From assembly GCA_031459385.1 (NCBI GenBank), contig JAVKIP010000003.1, positions 1 to 64,000 on the forward strand: DNA of 64,000 bases, given 5' to 3'. Each line of letters opens with the position of its first letter. Position 1 is the first letter of the stretch. The notes under the pieces are model-generated. The model worked only from the letters and a program-made list of their open reading frames with translations. It searched no databases and had not been told where the DNA came from. The DNA is from Candidatus Fervidifonticultor secundus (GTDB lineage Bacteria; Sysuimicrobiota; Sysuimicrobiia; Sysuimicrobiales; Humicultoraceae). This document shows positions 36,194 to 45,681 of the stretch, one piece after another. Both the position numbers and the translations under genes were made by a program.

Positions 36194-36882
36194 CGGCGTG
36201 ACCTCCTCCCAGACGTGGTGACCCCGCCCGCCAGCCGCCTCTGCGGGGCCAGCACGCCGTAGAGGAACAGCCGGGCGACCTCCCGCGCCAGGAGGCTGTC
36301 GTCGTGCGGCAGCAGCCGGCGGCCGAGCAGGACCTCGCTCAAGGCCAGCATGCCCAGCATCGCCGGGAACGCCCGCGCGGCGATCGCCGGTGAGAACCCG
36401 GCGCGGTAGAGGCCCCGTGCCTGGCCGGCGCGCAGGTGCGGCTCCAGCAGCCCCGCCACCGCAGTGGGCATCAGGCGCATGTAGGCCTCACGGGCGCGAG
36501 GACTGAGGTACGGCAGGGCCGAGAAGAACACCTTGAGGAACCGCACGTGCGCCCGCACCCGGTCCAGGATGACCCGCCCGGCGCGGGTGAGCACGCGTTC
36601 GGCCGCGACGGCGTCGTGCGCCTCGGGCAGCCGGGTCGCCAGATCGTCGAGGACCGCGCCGGCCAGGTGCCGCGGGATGCCGATGAGCAACTCTTCCTTG
36701 CTGTGGAAGTAGTTGTAGATCGTGCCTTCAGCTACGCCAGCGTCGCGCGCGATGGCCTCGATGGTGGCGGCGGCGTACCCTCGCGCTGCGAAGACGCGCG
36801 CCGCGGCGTCCAGGATCTGCCGCCGGCGTTCCTCGGACAGCGCGGCCCGGCCGGTGGCCGTCAGGCGCGGCATCGCCGGCAC
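36190..36882 (-). CDS. TetR-family regulator
   Basis: RRQILDAAARVFA..GY...TIEAIARDAGVAEGTIYNYF.SKEEL. Confidence 0.94.
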   Translation of the reverse strand: MPAMPRLTATGRAALSEERRRQILDAAARVFAARGYAAATIEAIARDAGVAEGTIYNYFHSKEELLIGIPRHLAGAVLDDLATRLPEAHDAVAAERVLTRAGRVILDRVRAHVRFLKVFFSALPYLSPRAREAYMRLMPTAVAGLLEPHLRAGQARGLYRAGFSPAIAARAFPAMLGMLALSEVLLGRRLLPHDDSLLAREVARLFLYGVLAPQRRLAGGVTTSGRRSRR

Positions 36883-36888
36883 CGATCG

Positions 36889-36951
36889 ATGAATGAGTAC
36901 TCACTCATAATGGGCGATCCATAGAATACCGCCGGGAGGTCGGGCTGTCAA
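36889..36951 (-). promoter_or_regulatory. Efflux-operon promoter and probable TetR operator
   Basis: TTGACA(36951-36946)-17 nt-TATTCT(36928-36923); downstream palindrome ATGAATGAGT/ACTCACTCAT at 36889-36908 with one mismatch. Confidence 0.82.
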
Positions 36952-36966
36952 CGGGCGGGGCCGGGC

Positions 36967-37569
36967 TCAGCGCCAGCGCGCCAGGCCGGGGTCGTGGGCC
37001 AGCATCCAGGCCTCGTTGAACCGCCAGGGTGACAGCGCCTCGGGCCGTACGACGACCCGGGTGCTGGTCCAGACCACCTCTTCCCGCGGCTGTGGCCGGC
37101 CGTCGGGCAGGTGGCGCCACGTGAGATCGCGGACGAGGAACCAGACGAAGTGCAGGTAGGACGACGCCACCACCTCGCAGACGTCCATGACCCCGGCGTC
37201 GAACACGCCCACCGGCGACTCGCCGTACGGGTCGGTGCGGTCCAGGAGCAGCACGTAGGGGTTGCCCGCGCCGTCGTTCCCCACCTCCACGAACTCCTGG
37301 GCCCACCCCAGCGGTCCCCAGTAGGCGCGCGCCTGGCGCGTCGCGAACACCAGATCCAGCGCCGACTGCACCGGGGGCACGCCGTGCAGCGGATCGGTGA
37401 TCAGGAAGCCGCCGTTGAACGTGGTGAGCACCGTCCGCATCGACCGCGGCAGCCGCACGCCCAGCTCGCGCTCGGCGCGCCGGATGTCGCGGTCGGCCGC
37501 CGGGGGGTTCAGCCGTACCACGCCCGGGCCGAAATACCCCAGTTCAGCCCAGATCTCATCCAGGGTCAA
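36967..37569 (-). CDS. SMI1/KNR4-family protein
   Basis: LNPPAADRDIRRAERELGVRLP.S.R..L..FNGG, GNDGAGN. Confidence 0.8.
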   Translation of the reverse strand: MTLDEIWAELGYFGPGVVRLNPPAADRDIRRAERELGVRLPRSMRTVLTTFNGGFLITDPLHGVPPVQSALDLVFATRQARAYWGPLGWAQEFVEVGNDGAGNPYVLLLDRTDPYGESPVGVFDAGVMDVCEVVASSYLHFVWFLVRDLTWRHLPDGRPQPREEVVWTSTRVVVRPEALSPWRFNEAWMLAHDPGLARWR

Positions 37570-38555
37570 AGCCGCTCCCCTGCGCTGCGCCCCGCGCCCT
37601 CAAGGTAGGCGCGGATCCACCGGCTCGGGTGCACGACGGCGTCACCCGAAGGTCCCGCTCCGGCATAGGTGACGAGCGCCAGGTAGCGCTCGACCAGCTT
37701 CTCGGCGGGCTGCTCCGCTTCTACTAATACCCCAATGCCGGCGACTTCAGCCCGGAACTCGCGCATGAGGTCGTAGACGCCCCGCGCGGTGCCCCCGCCG
37801 CGGAGGAAGTCGTCGATGAACAGCACCCGGGCGCCCGGGGGCACGGCGCGCAGGGGCAGGGTCATGGACTGCACCAGGCGCGAGGAGCCCGAGACGTAGT
37901 TGACGCTGACCGACGGGCCCTCGGTCACCCGGCCGTCGCGCCGCGCGGTGAGCAGGGGCACGTGGAACGCCCGCGCGGTCATCAGCGCCAACGGAATGCC
38001 CTTCACCTCCATGGTCAGGACGGCGTCGGGCCGGGTGTCTGCGAAGAGCGTGGCGAAGACCTCGCCGAGGTCGGCCACGAGCCAGGGCAGCGCCAGCAGG
38101 TCGCTGGTGTAGAGGAAGCCGCCCGGCAGCACGCGGCCGGGCTCCCGCAGGCGCGCGCAGAGCTCTTCCACCAGCGCGCCGACCTGGGCGGGTGTGCGGG
38201 CCGGCGTGTACCGCACGCCGCCCGCCGCGCCGGGCAGCGTCTCCACGCGCCCCAGCCCGAAGCGCTCGCAGGCGCCCCGCAGGAACCCCAGGTCCTCGCT
38301 GATGGTCGAGCGCGCGGCACCCAACAGGTCGGCGAAGGTCGCGAGCGGGATCAGGCGGTGCGGCGCCCGGAGCAGCGCGTGGGCGATGACGACCATGCGC
38401 TCGCCCCGCCGCAGCCGGCCGCGCCGGACCTCACCGCTCCCGTGCGGCTCCCCGCGGCGCTGTCCCCTCGTGCCCCGCGCGGGCCCGGCGCCAGCCGGCG
38501 GCCCGTCGCCGGACTCGCCACCACGCGATCGTCCGGGTCCGCGCGCGGCAGCCAC
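37566..38555 (-). CDS. purR: Pur operon repressor (Bacillus-type, PRTase fold); start uncertain
   Basis: R.ERM, AARSTISEDL, GAAGGV.Y, R.LPGGFLY.SD, VTEG..VSVNYVSGS, VLFIDDFLRGGGT. Confidence 0.9.
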   Translation of the reverse strand: MAAARGPGRSRGGESGDGPPAGAGPARGTRGQRRGEPHGSGEVRRGRLRRGERMVVIAHALLRAPHRLIPLATFADLLGAARSTISEDLGFLRGACERFGLGRVETLPGAAGGVRYTPARTPAQVGALVEELCARLREPGRVLPGGFLYTSDLLALPWLVADLGEVFATLFADTRPDAVLTMEVKGIPLALMTARAFHVPLLTARRDGRVTEGPSVSVNYVSGSSRLVQSMTLPLRAVPPGARVLFIDDFLRGGGTARGVYDLMREFRAEVAGIGVLVEAEQPAEKLVERYLALVTYAGAGPSGDAVVHPSRWIRAYLEGAGRSAGERL

Positions 38556-38556
38556 C

Positions 38557-39321
38557 TCAGGCTCCCCCCGGGCGGTCGCCTTCCAGCGCGCCCCGGAGCA
38601 GGGCCAGGTTCTCGGGACGCCCGGCGTCCACGTCCAGCGCCAGCGCCGGGTCGTCGACGATCACGGCCCGCGCCCGGAGGCCGGTGACGTCCCGGGCGCG
38701 GGCCTCCATCTCGGCGATCGACAGCGCGCCCGAGGCGAACTTGAGCACCGTGGACCACCCGAACAGCTGCGCGAGCAACCAGGGCTTCTTGCGCGCCGCC
38801 ATCATCCGCTCGACGAATCCCCGCGCCCGCTCCAGGGCCGACGGGTCGAACAGCAGCACGCTTCCACCCGTGAAGACGCCGTCGGCTACGCGGACGTACG
38901 TCTTGCGCGCGCCGGGGAAGCGCTGCTCCACTGCCTGTCGGGGCACGATGGGGTAGAACAGGCTGTAGTCGCCTTCGCACTGCGAGAGGAACCGGCCAAG
39001 CGCCTCGCTGGTGAGCAGCGGCAGGTCCGCGGCGATCGCCAGCACCGCGGTGGCACCAGGCAGCGCCCGGACGCCAGCGGTTACGTTGTCCATCATCCCG
39101 GCGCCCTGGGCGACGACGTCCACGCCGTCTCCCAGCAGGTCGCGCAGGGCCGCCACAGGCCCGACCACGACCACGCGGTCGATCGCCGGACAGCCGCGCG
39201 CTGCCTCAAGTGCGCGCTCAACCAGCGTGATCCCGCCCAGGCGCAGGAACGCCTTGTTCGGGAGCCCGGGGGCCAGTCGCGGCTCCGGCGGTCCGCCGGC
39301 GAGAATAACCGCCGGCGGCAC
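38557..39321 (-). CDS. MobA-like NTP transferase domain protein
   Basis: AVILAGG...NKAFL, ADLPLLT, FTGG, RKKP, LDVD. Confidence 0.8.
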   Translation of the reverse strand: MPPAVILAGGPPEPRLAPGLPNKAFLRLGGITLVERALEAARGCPAIDRVVVVGPVAALRDLLGDGVDVVAQGAGMMDNVTAGVRALPGATAVLAIAADLPLLTSEALGRFLSQCEGDYSLFYPIVPRQAVEQRFPGARKTYVRVADGVFTGGSVLLFDPSALERARGFVERMMAARKKPWLLAQLFGWSTVLKFASGALSIAEMEARARDVTGLRARAVIVDDPALALDVDAGRPENLALLRGALEGDRPGGA

Positions 39322-39359
39322 TCACTCCACCCCGGTGCCGGCGGCGGGCGGCGGCACGC

Positions 39360-40226
39360 CTATCGCTCCTCCGCGAACGTCCTGGTGACGAAGACGTCCA
39401 CGTCAGGGACCGCCGCGAGGTCGTCGGCGACCCGGCGGGCCGCGGCCTCGTTGGCCATCAGGCCGACCACGGTGGGGCCGGTGCCGGTCATGCAGGCGCC
39501 GTAGGCCTCGCCCCGCAGGATGCGCTGCTTCACCTCGGCCACGACAGGATACCGCGCGGCGATGAACTCCTCAAAGACGTTGCCCATGAGCCTCCCCACC
39601 GCGGGCACGTCGCCGCGCCGCACCGCGTCCGCGAGCGCAGGGATGTCCGGGCGCCGGGCGACCTCTGTCGGCTGGAAGTGCCGGTAGGCCCATTCGGTCA
39701 GGATTGGGATGCGGGGGCGGGCCAGCACGACCCACGTCGTGGGCAACGCCGGCAGGGGGTGGACGCGTTCCCCGCGGCCGCGGGCCAGGGCCGAGCCGCC
39801 CTCGAGGAAGAAGGGCACATCCGACCCGAGCTTCGCAGCTGCCGCCCGCAGCTCCCTGCTGTCGAGGCGCAGCTTCCACATCTGCGCCAGGCCCATCAGC
39901 GTTACGGCGGCATCGGCGCTCCCGCCGCCCAGGCCCGCGGCGGTCGGGATCTGCTTGCGCAGGTGAATCTCTACCGGCCGCGCGACGCCGTACTGCTCGC
40001 GCAGCAGCTGCGCAGCCCGGAACACCATGTTGGCCGTGCCCTCGGGCACCGGCTCGCCCTCGGCGACGACCTGGATGGCATCCCCGGCCTCCCGCAGGAC
40101 GACGACGTCGTAGAGCCCCACGGTATGGAGCACCGCTTCCACCTCGTGGTACCCGTCGTCTCGCTTGTGCAGGACGTTCAGGCCCAGGTTGACCTTGGCA
40201 TAGGCGTTGAGACGGAGCTCTTTCAC
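39360..40226 (-). CDS. ispE: 4-diphosphocytidyl-2-C-methyl-D-erythritol kinase
   Basis: AYAKVNLGL.V..KRDDGYHE, KQIPTAAGLGGGSADAA, LGSDVPFF. Confidence 0.96.
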   Translation of the reverse strand: MKELRLNAYAKVNLGLNVLHKRDDGYHEVEAVLHTVGLYDVVVLREAGDAIQVVAEGEPVPEGTANMVFRAAQLLREQYGVARPVEIHLRKQIPTAAGLGGGSADAAVTLMGLAQMWKLRLDSRELRAAAAKLGSDVPFFLEGGSALARGRGERVHPLPALPTTWVVLARPRIPILTEWAYRHFQPTEVARRPDIPALADAVRRGDVPAVGRLMGNVFEEFIAARYPVVAEVKQRILRGEAYGACMTGTGPTVVGLMANEAAARRVADDLAAVPDVDVFVTRTFAEER

Positions 40227-40337
40227 GCAGGCTGCCTCCCCAAGGGATCCGGCGGCCCTAACTCCTTAGGGATCGGGACCGACAAGTCCTCTTGCGGTTC
40301 GTTGCGCCCGCCCGGGGGTTCCCGTAAGATAAGGGCC

Positions 40338-41675
40338 GTGACGGCAGCCCCGCACCTGCCTCCCCTGTCCCCGGCCGATCCCCTCCCCGAGAGCGGCGTG
40401 CCTGCCCCAGGCGTTCCGGGGGCGGATCACGGGGCCCATGGGCGCCCGCGCCGCCCGTGGGTCCGGTGGCTGCTGTGGGGCACTCCTGCGCTGATCGTGA
40501 TCGTCGGCGGGCTGCTGGCAGGCCTCTACCTGTACCTCGTGGGTCAGGTGGCGGTGCGCGAGGTGACGGTGCGGCGGCCGCGCGTCCCCGCGTTCGCCTG
40601 GCCCCTGCGGCTCGTCGATCGCGTCAACGTCCTCGTCATCGGGACCGACATCACCCTGGACAACCGGCGACGTGTCCTGAACGTGGCGCGCGCCGACGCG
40701 CTGGCGCTCGTGACCTTCGACCCGGAGCGCGGCCGCATCGGTGTCCTCTCGATTCCCCGCGACACCCGCGCGGTGATCCCCGGCCACGGGGAGGCCAAGA
40801 TCAACGCCTCGTACGCCTATGGCGCGGCCGGGCTGACCATCCGTACGGTCGAGCAGCTGCTCGGCGTGCGCATCCCCTACTACGTCAAGCTGGGTCCGGA
40901 CTCGTTCGCCAGGATCATCGACGCGCTGGGCGGGGTCGAGGTCGAGGTGGAGAGGGACTTGAAGTACACCGACTCGTGGGCCGGCTACACCATCGACCTC
41001 CGCAAGGGCCGACAGCGCCTCACGGGCGAGCAGGCCACGGGCTACATCCGTTTCCGCCACGACGCCCTGGGGGACATCGGGCGTGTGGAGCGCCAGCATC
41101 GTCTGCTCGGGGCCCTGCTAGCGCAGCTCAAACAGCCGTCGACGCTGCTGGCGGCGCCCCGTCTGCTGCGGGCCGTGAGCGCGCACACGGACACGAACCT
41201 GCGCCCGGCCGAGTTGATGGCGCTCGGCGTCTTCGCCCTGCGCGTGCGCGACCACCCGCTGCAGGTGCACACGCTGCCCGGGACCTTCGCGCCCCTGTAC
41301 TGGGAGCCCGACCGCGCCCGGGTGCGCGCGCTCGTCGCCGACCTCTTCTACGGCGTCACCCTGGAGGAGGTGGCGGCGGTCCGCGTGGAAGTGCTGAACG
41401 CCAGCGGCACCACCAGGCTGGCCCGGCGCGTGGCCGAGCGCCTGGCGGGGCTGGGGGTCACCAGGATCCGCGTGGATCGCAGCCCCCGTCCTGCGGATGT
41501 CACCACGATCATCGACCGGACCGGGCGCCGCGGGCTCGTCCAGATGGTGGCGACGGCCCTGGGGGGAGCGGCGGTCCGCCGCGAGGCGCCCGCAGGCGAG
41601 CCTTCGATGACGATCGTCCTGGCCAGGGACGCAGCCCGCGTCCTCTCCGCCACGCCGTTTCGACGGACCGACTGA
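40338..41675 (+). CDS. LCP-family (LytR/CpsA/Psr) protein with LytR C-terminal domain
   Basis: TM helix, VLVIGTD, LSIPRDT, KINASY, RFRHD..GDIGRVERQ, VEVLNASG; TAAGAT -10 7 nt before the GTG (leaderless). Confidence 0.92.
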   Translation: MTAAPHLPPLSPADPLPESGVPAPGVPGADHGAHGRPRRPWVRWLLWGTPALIVIVGGLLAGLYLYLVGQVAVREVTVRRPRVPAFAWPLRLVDRVNVLVIGTDITLDNRRRVLNVARADALALVTFDPERGRIGVLSIPRDTRAVIPGHGEAKINASYAYGAAGLTIRTVEQLLGVRIPYYVKLGPDSFARIIDALGGVEVEVERDLKYTDSWAGYTIDLRKGRQRLTGEQATGYIRFRHDALGDIGRVERQHRLLGALLAQLKQPSTLLAAPRLLRAVSAHTDTNLRPAELMALGVFALRVRDHPLQVHTLPGTFAPLYWEPDRARVRALVADLFYGVTLEEVAAVRVEVLNASGTTRLARRVAERLAGLGVTRIRVDRSPRPADVTTIIDRTGRRGLVQMVATALGGAAVRREAPAGEPSMTIVLARDAARVLSATPFRRTD

Positions 41676-41762
41676 CCGGGGGCGACCGCACGCGCCGGGT
41701 TGACGCGCGCAGCGGCCGGACGGCACGCCGGTCGGCACGCTGTGCGACACGGCGGGCCGCAC

Positions 41763-41853
41763 AAAATGTCAGCGGCCGCCGCAACCGAGTTAGGCCGGGT
41801 CGCTCCCGAGGGAGTACCTCACTCCCACCTCAGCCGCCAGCAGACCGCTGACG
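41763..41853 (-). ncRNA. Candidate unclassified structured small RNA
   Basis: Own promoter TTGACG(41888-41883)-17 nt-TAGGGT(41865-41860); 22-bp closing stem enclosing two hairpins, then ATTTT. Confidence 0.55.
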
Positions 41854-41884
41854 AGTTTCACCCTATCACGGGACCTTCGGGCCG

Positions 41885-43132
41885 TCAATCCGAAACGGTC
41901 GTTCCCCTCCTGTGGATCGTGTGGACAGGTGGCGCCACCTGACGCACGAGCGCCGCGAGCCGCGCGATCCCGGCGCGAATCGCGTCCTCGGACGAGTAGG
42001 AGAAGTTCAGGCGCAGCGTGTTGCGGCCGCTGCCGTCGGCAAAGAACGCCTGGCCGGGGACGTACATCACGCCGGCATCCACCGCCGCGCGCAGCATCGC
42101 CCCGGCGTCGAGCCCCTCGGGCAGCCGCACCCAGAGGAACAGCCCGCCGTCCGGGCGCGTCCAGCTCACGCCTGCCGGCATCTCCTGCGTCAGCGCCTCC
42201 AGCATCACGTCGCGCTTGCGCCGGTACAGCGCCACCGTCGCAGGGAGACGTCGCAGCAGATCGCCCCGCCGCAGGAGCGCCGCTGCGATCGCCTGGGTGA
42301 GGGACGGGCTGCAGAGATCCATGGCCTGCTTGACAGTGACGCAGTGGGCCACGACCGGCTCAGGGGCGGCGATCCACCCGATGCGCAGGCCCGGCGCCAG
42401 CGTCTTGCTGAACGTGGACAGGTAGAGCGTGCGGGCCTCGCCGTCCAGTGCCGCGATGGGCGGAGGCGCGGTACCGGCGAACCGCAGCTCCCGGTAGGGG
42501 TTGTCCTCCACCACCAGGGCGCCAAACTCGCGGGCCAGGGCCAGCAGCTGCTCGCGCCGTGCGCGGCTCCAGGTGACCCCGGAGGGGTTCTGGAAGTCCG
42601 GCACCGCATACAGCAGTTTGATCCGGCGCCCCGCGCCCCGCAGGCGGTGCAGGGTCTCGGCCAGGCGGTCCACAGCGATGCCCTCGTCGTCCTGCGGGAC
42701 GCCCACCAGGTCGGCGCCGTAGGCGCGGAAGGCCTGCAGGCCGCCGAGGTAGGACGGCAGCTCCACCACCACGACATCGCCCGGATCCAGGAACACCTTG
42801 CCCACCAGATCCAGCGCCTGCTGGGACGATGTCGTGACCAGGACGTGCTCGCGGGTCAGGTGCAGCCCGTCCTTGGCCATCCAGGTCACGAGCTGGTCGC
42901 GCAGCACCGGGTCGCCCTCGGTGGGCCCGTACTGCAGGCAGAGCGCGGCCTCCGAGCCCAGGATCTCCTGCGTCACCTCCGCGATCTCGGCCACCGGGAA
43001 TGTGGACGGGTCGGGGAACCCGCCCGCGAAGGAGATGACGTCGCGCTGCCGGGACACCTTGAGCAGCTCGCGGATCAGCGAGCGTTCGGCCGTGCGGGTC
43101 AGGCGGGCAAAGAGTGCCTGGTAGTCGATCAT
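41885..43132 (-). CDS. PLP-dependent aminotransferase class I/II (LysN/Aro8-like)
   Basis: SLIRELLK, ISFAGGFPDP, LQYGPTEG, PDFQNPSG, EDNPY, STFSKTLAPGLRIGW. Confidence 0.93.
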   Translation of the reverse strand: MIDYQALFARLTRTAERSLIRELLKVSRQRDVISFAGGFPDPSTFPVAEIAEVTQEILGSEAALCLQYGPTEGDPVLRDQLVTWMAKDGLHLTREHVLVTTSSQQALDLVGKVFLDPGDVVVVELPSYLGGLQAFRAYGADLVGVPQDDEGIAVDRLAETLHRLRGAGRRIKLLYAVPDFQNPSGVTWSRARREQLLALAREFGALVVEDNPYRELRFAGTAPPPIAALDGEARTLYLSTFSKTLAPGLRIGWIAAPEPVVAHCVTVKQAMDLCSPSLTQAIAAALLRRGDLLRRLPATVALYRRKRDVMLEALTQEMPAGVSWTRPDGGLFLWVRLPEGLDAGAMLRAAVDAGVMYVPGQAFFADGSGRNTLRLNFSYSSEDAIRAGIARLAALVRQVAPPVHTIHRRGTTVSD

Positions 43133-43178
43133 CGTGCCCTCCCGGGATGCTCCCCCGGGGTCTTCCCTGCCGGCGGCG

Positions 43179-44054
43179 TCATTCCCTGTCCCTGGCATCG
43201 GCCAGGCGCGCGAACTCCTCGACCGAGAGCGTCTCGCCGCGCCGCCGCGGGTCGATGTCCGCCCGCGCGCACCAGGCCACCACATCCGCGGCGGTCAGGC
43301 GCCGCTCGCCGACCTGCCGCAGCGCGGCCCGCAACATCTTGCGCCGCTGCGCGAACGCGGCCCGGGCCACAGCCACGACATCTGCGAGACGGTCGGGGGA
43401 CCGGATCGGCTGCGGGCGCACGTCCAGGCGGACGACCGCCGAGCGCACGCGCGGCGCCGGGTAGAAAGCGGTCCGCGGCACCCGTGCCACCAGCGCCGCA
43501 CGCGCGTACGCGTGCACGAGCACCGTCAGCAGACCGTAGGCGGGCTGGCCGGGCGCTGCCAGCAGGCGGTCGGCCACCTCCTCCTGCACCATCACCACCA
43601 GCCGGCGCCCCGTGCCGGTTTCGAGCAGGCGGACCAGCAGCGGCGACGCAATCGAGTAGGGCAGGTTGGCGACCACCGCCGTGGGCGCCCACGGCAGCCC
43701 GATCCAGGGCAGGGCCAGGGCGTCGCCGTGCACGACGTGCACCCGCGGCTCCCGCGCACAGACCGCTCGCAGCACCGACACCAGCCGCGGATCCACCTCG
43801 ACGGTGATCACGCGCGCGCCGGTGCGGGCCAGCGCCGTGGTCAGCGTGCCGATGCCGCCGCCGATCTCCAGGACGACGTCGTCGGGGTCCAGGCCTGCAG
43901 CCGCCACGATCCGGTCGAGGAGCCGCCGGCTGACCAGGAGGTGCTGGCCACGCGCGGGCCGCAGCCGCAGGCCGAACGTGCGCAGCACCGTGGCGGCGCC
44001 GGCGCGGCTGGCGAGGTCGAGGTCAGGAGGGAGCGCCGGGGCGCCGGCGGTCAA
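43179..44054 (-). CDS. rsmA: 16S rRNA m6,2A dimethyltransferase
   Basis: [48 protein letters not shown]. Confidence 0.95.
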   Translation of the reverse strand: MTAGAPALPPDLDLASRAGAATVLRTFGLRLRPARGQHLLVSRRLLDRIVAAAGLDPDDVVLEIGGGIGTLTTALARTGARVITVEVDPRLVSVLRAVCAREPRVHVVHGDALALPWIGLPWAPTAVVANLPYSIASPLLVRLLETGTGRRLVVMVQEEVADRLLAAPGQPAYGLLTVLVHAYARAALVARVPRTAFYPAPRVRSAVVRLDVRPQPIRSPDRLADVVAVARAAFAQRRKMLRAALRQVGERRLTAADVVAWCARADIDPRRRGETLSVEEFARLADARDRE

Positions 44055-45067
44055 CGCGACGCGCGGGATGGGGCAGGGGTGGACAGGATGTAGACGCGCA
44101 CCGGTCGCCGGCCGAACCGGATCGCCTCACGGGCCGTGTTGAACCCCAGGTCGATGCGGTGCCCCTTGATGGCGCCGCCGGTATCGCCGGCGATGGCGAC
44201 GCCGTACCCCTCGATGTAGAGCCGCGCCCCCAGGGGGATCACGCGGGGATCCACGGCGACGACCCCATAGCCGGCGCGCATGCCCGTCGCGGTGACATCG
44301 TCCACTCCCCACCCGGTCCACGGTGCGTATCCCGTGGCTTCCATGTGGAGGATCTCCTTGCCCGCGAACTCCCCGCGCGAGGCGACCATCCGCCGGGTGC
44401 CGACGTGCACGATCCGGGCGTGCGGGGGCTGGACCAGCACGTGCCCCACGTCGCGCCGGCCGATGACGACGCCGTCGGCAAGGGTCACGGCCACGCGCCG
44501 CAGGCGCAGCCCGGGCCGGCCGGGCTGCACGACGCGCATCAGCCCCCGCGGCAGCCCGTCGTCGGGACGCAGCACGCGTCCCGGGCGCACCCGCTCCACC
44601 TCCTCGACGATGCGGGTCTCGATGCGGACGACACGGACCAGAGCGCCTGGGACCAGGGCGACGTCCCGAGCAGGGAAGACCCGATCACCAGGCCGGACCA
44701 CCAGCCCGCCGGGGCGCTCGGCGAGGAGTTCGTCCACGGTCTCCGCCGCGCTCAGCACGCGGTACTGCGTCCGGCCGACCGCGACGGTCACGGGGACGGC
44801 GCGCCGCACGCGAAGCGTCGTGCCCGAAGCCACGGGCGTCGCGCGCGGAGGCCGCACGCGGTCGTGCGGCCCGAGCCGTACGCCGGCGTCGGTCAGCACC
44901 TCGTCCACCGTGGCCCGCCAGGTCAGGATCACGCGGGAGGTGGCGTCGGTGACGACGACGACGGCCTTGTAGGCGTCCGTCAGGGCTGCCGTGCTGATGG
45001 CGGTGACGAGCGTGGAGAGCACCCATACCAGCCCGAGGCGCCGTGCGGAAGCGCTCAAGCCTCTCAC
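44051..45067 (-). CDS. YabE-like cell-wall protein (DUF348-G5-3D domains)
   Basis: TM helix, two TVDE repeats, G5 segment, MEATGY...TATG...VAVDPRVIPLG...AGDTGGAIKGHRIDL. Confidence 0.9.
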   Translation of the reverse strand: MRGLSASARRLGLVWVLSTLVTAISTAALTDAYKAVVVVTDATSRVILTWRATVDEVLTDAGVRLGPHDRVRPPRATPVASGTTLRVRRAVPVTVAVGRTQYRVLSAAETVDELLAERPGGLVVRPGDRVFPARDVALVPGALVRVVRIETRIVEEVERVRPGRVLRPDDGLPRGLMRVVQPGRPGLRLRRVAVTLADGVVIGRRDVGHVLVQPPHARIVHVGTRRMVASRGEFAGKEILHMEATGYAPWTGWGVDDVTATGMRAGYGVVAVDPRVIPLGARLYIEGYGVAIAGDTGGAIKGHRIDLGFNTAREAIRFGRRPVRVYILSTPAPSRASR

Positions 45068-45214
45068 CTCCGATCGGGCTGCCTGTCAGGGTCGGCCGGG
45101 CCGTGGGAGTGCGCCCGCCCGCGCACCGCCAGCCGGCGCGCAGCAGCAACACGGCGCGCCGCTGCGATCTCCCGCTGTGCATGAATGCGTCACTGAGATG
45201 CGGAGACTACGACC

Positions 45215-45243
45215 AGTATAGGAACTCGTGGGGCGACCCGCAA
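45215..45243 (-). promoter_or_regulatory. Sigma70-type promoter for yabE-rsmA with a ~140 nt 5' UTR
   Basis: TTGCGG-17 nt-TATACT. Confidence 0.7.
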
Positions 45244-45270
45244 GGGACGCCGGGGCCGTCACCGCACCAG

Positions 45271-45681
45271 CTACTGTCCGCGGTCTTCCACCAGTTCCAC
45301 CAGCACGCCGTGCAGGTCGCGGGGATGGAGGAAGGCCACGCGCATCCCGTGGGCGCCCGGTCGGGGCGCCCCATCCACCAGTGCCAGACCTGCCGCGCGT
45401 GCCCGGGCCAGGGCCGCCGCCACATCGGGCACCGCGAACGCCAGGTGATGCAGACCCTCACCCCGGCGCGCGATGAAGCGCGCCACGGGCCCACGGCCGT
45501 CCAGCGGCTGCAGCAACTCCAGCAGGACGGTGCCGGCGGGCACGAAGAGCACGGCGACCGCATCGTGCTCCAGGTGTTCGGGGGCGCCGGGCTGCAAACC
45601 CAGCGTCTCGCGATAGAAGCGCGCCGCCGCCTCGAGGTCCCGCACGGCGATGCCGACGTGGTGCAGCCGCATGGCCGTCAC
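45271..45681 (-). CDS. mce: Methylmalonyl-CoA epimerase
   Basis: HHVGIAVRDL, LELLQP, RGEGLHHLAF, GAHG..VAFLHP...GVLVEL. Confidence 0.92.
   Translation of the reverse strand: MTAMRLHHVGIAVRDLEAAARFYRETLGLQPGAPEHLEHDAVAVLFVPAGTVLLELLQPLDGRGPVARFIARRGEGLHHLAFAVPDVAAALARARAAGLALVDGAPRPGAHGMRVAFLHPRDLHGVLVELVEDRGQ

Noticed and set aside
41763..41853. The structured RNA as tRNA-Sec (similar length)
   Set aside because: No UCA anticodon loop, T-loop or CCA end
41848..41900. CTGACGA...CGAAAC on the plus strand resembling a hammerhead ribozyme core
   Set aside because: Stem II cannot form next to the core; the region is better explained as the minus-strand promoter
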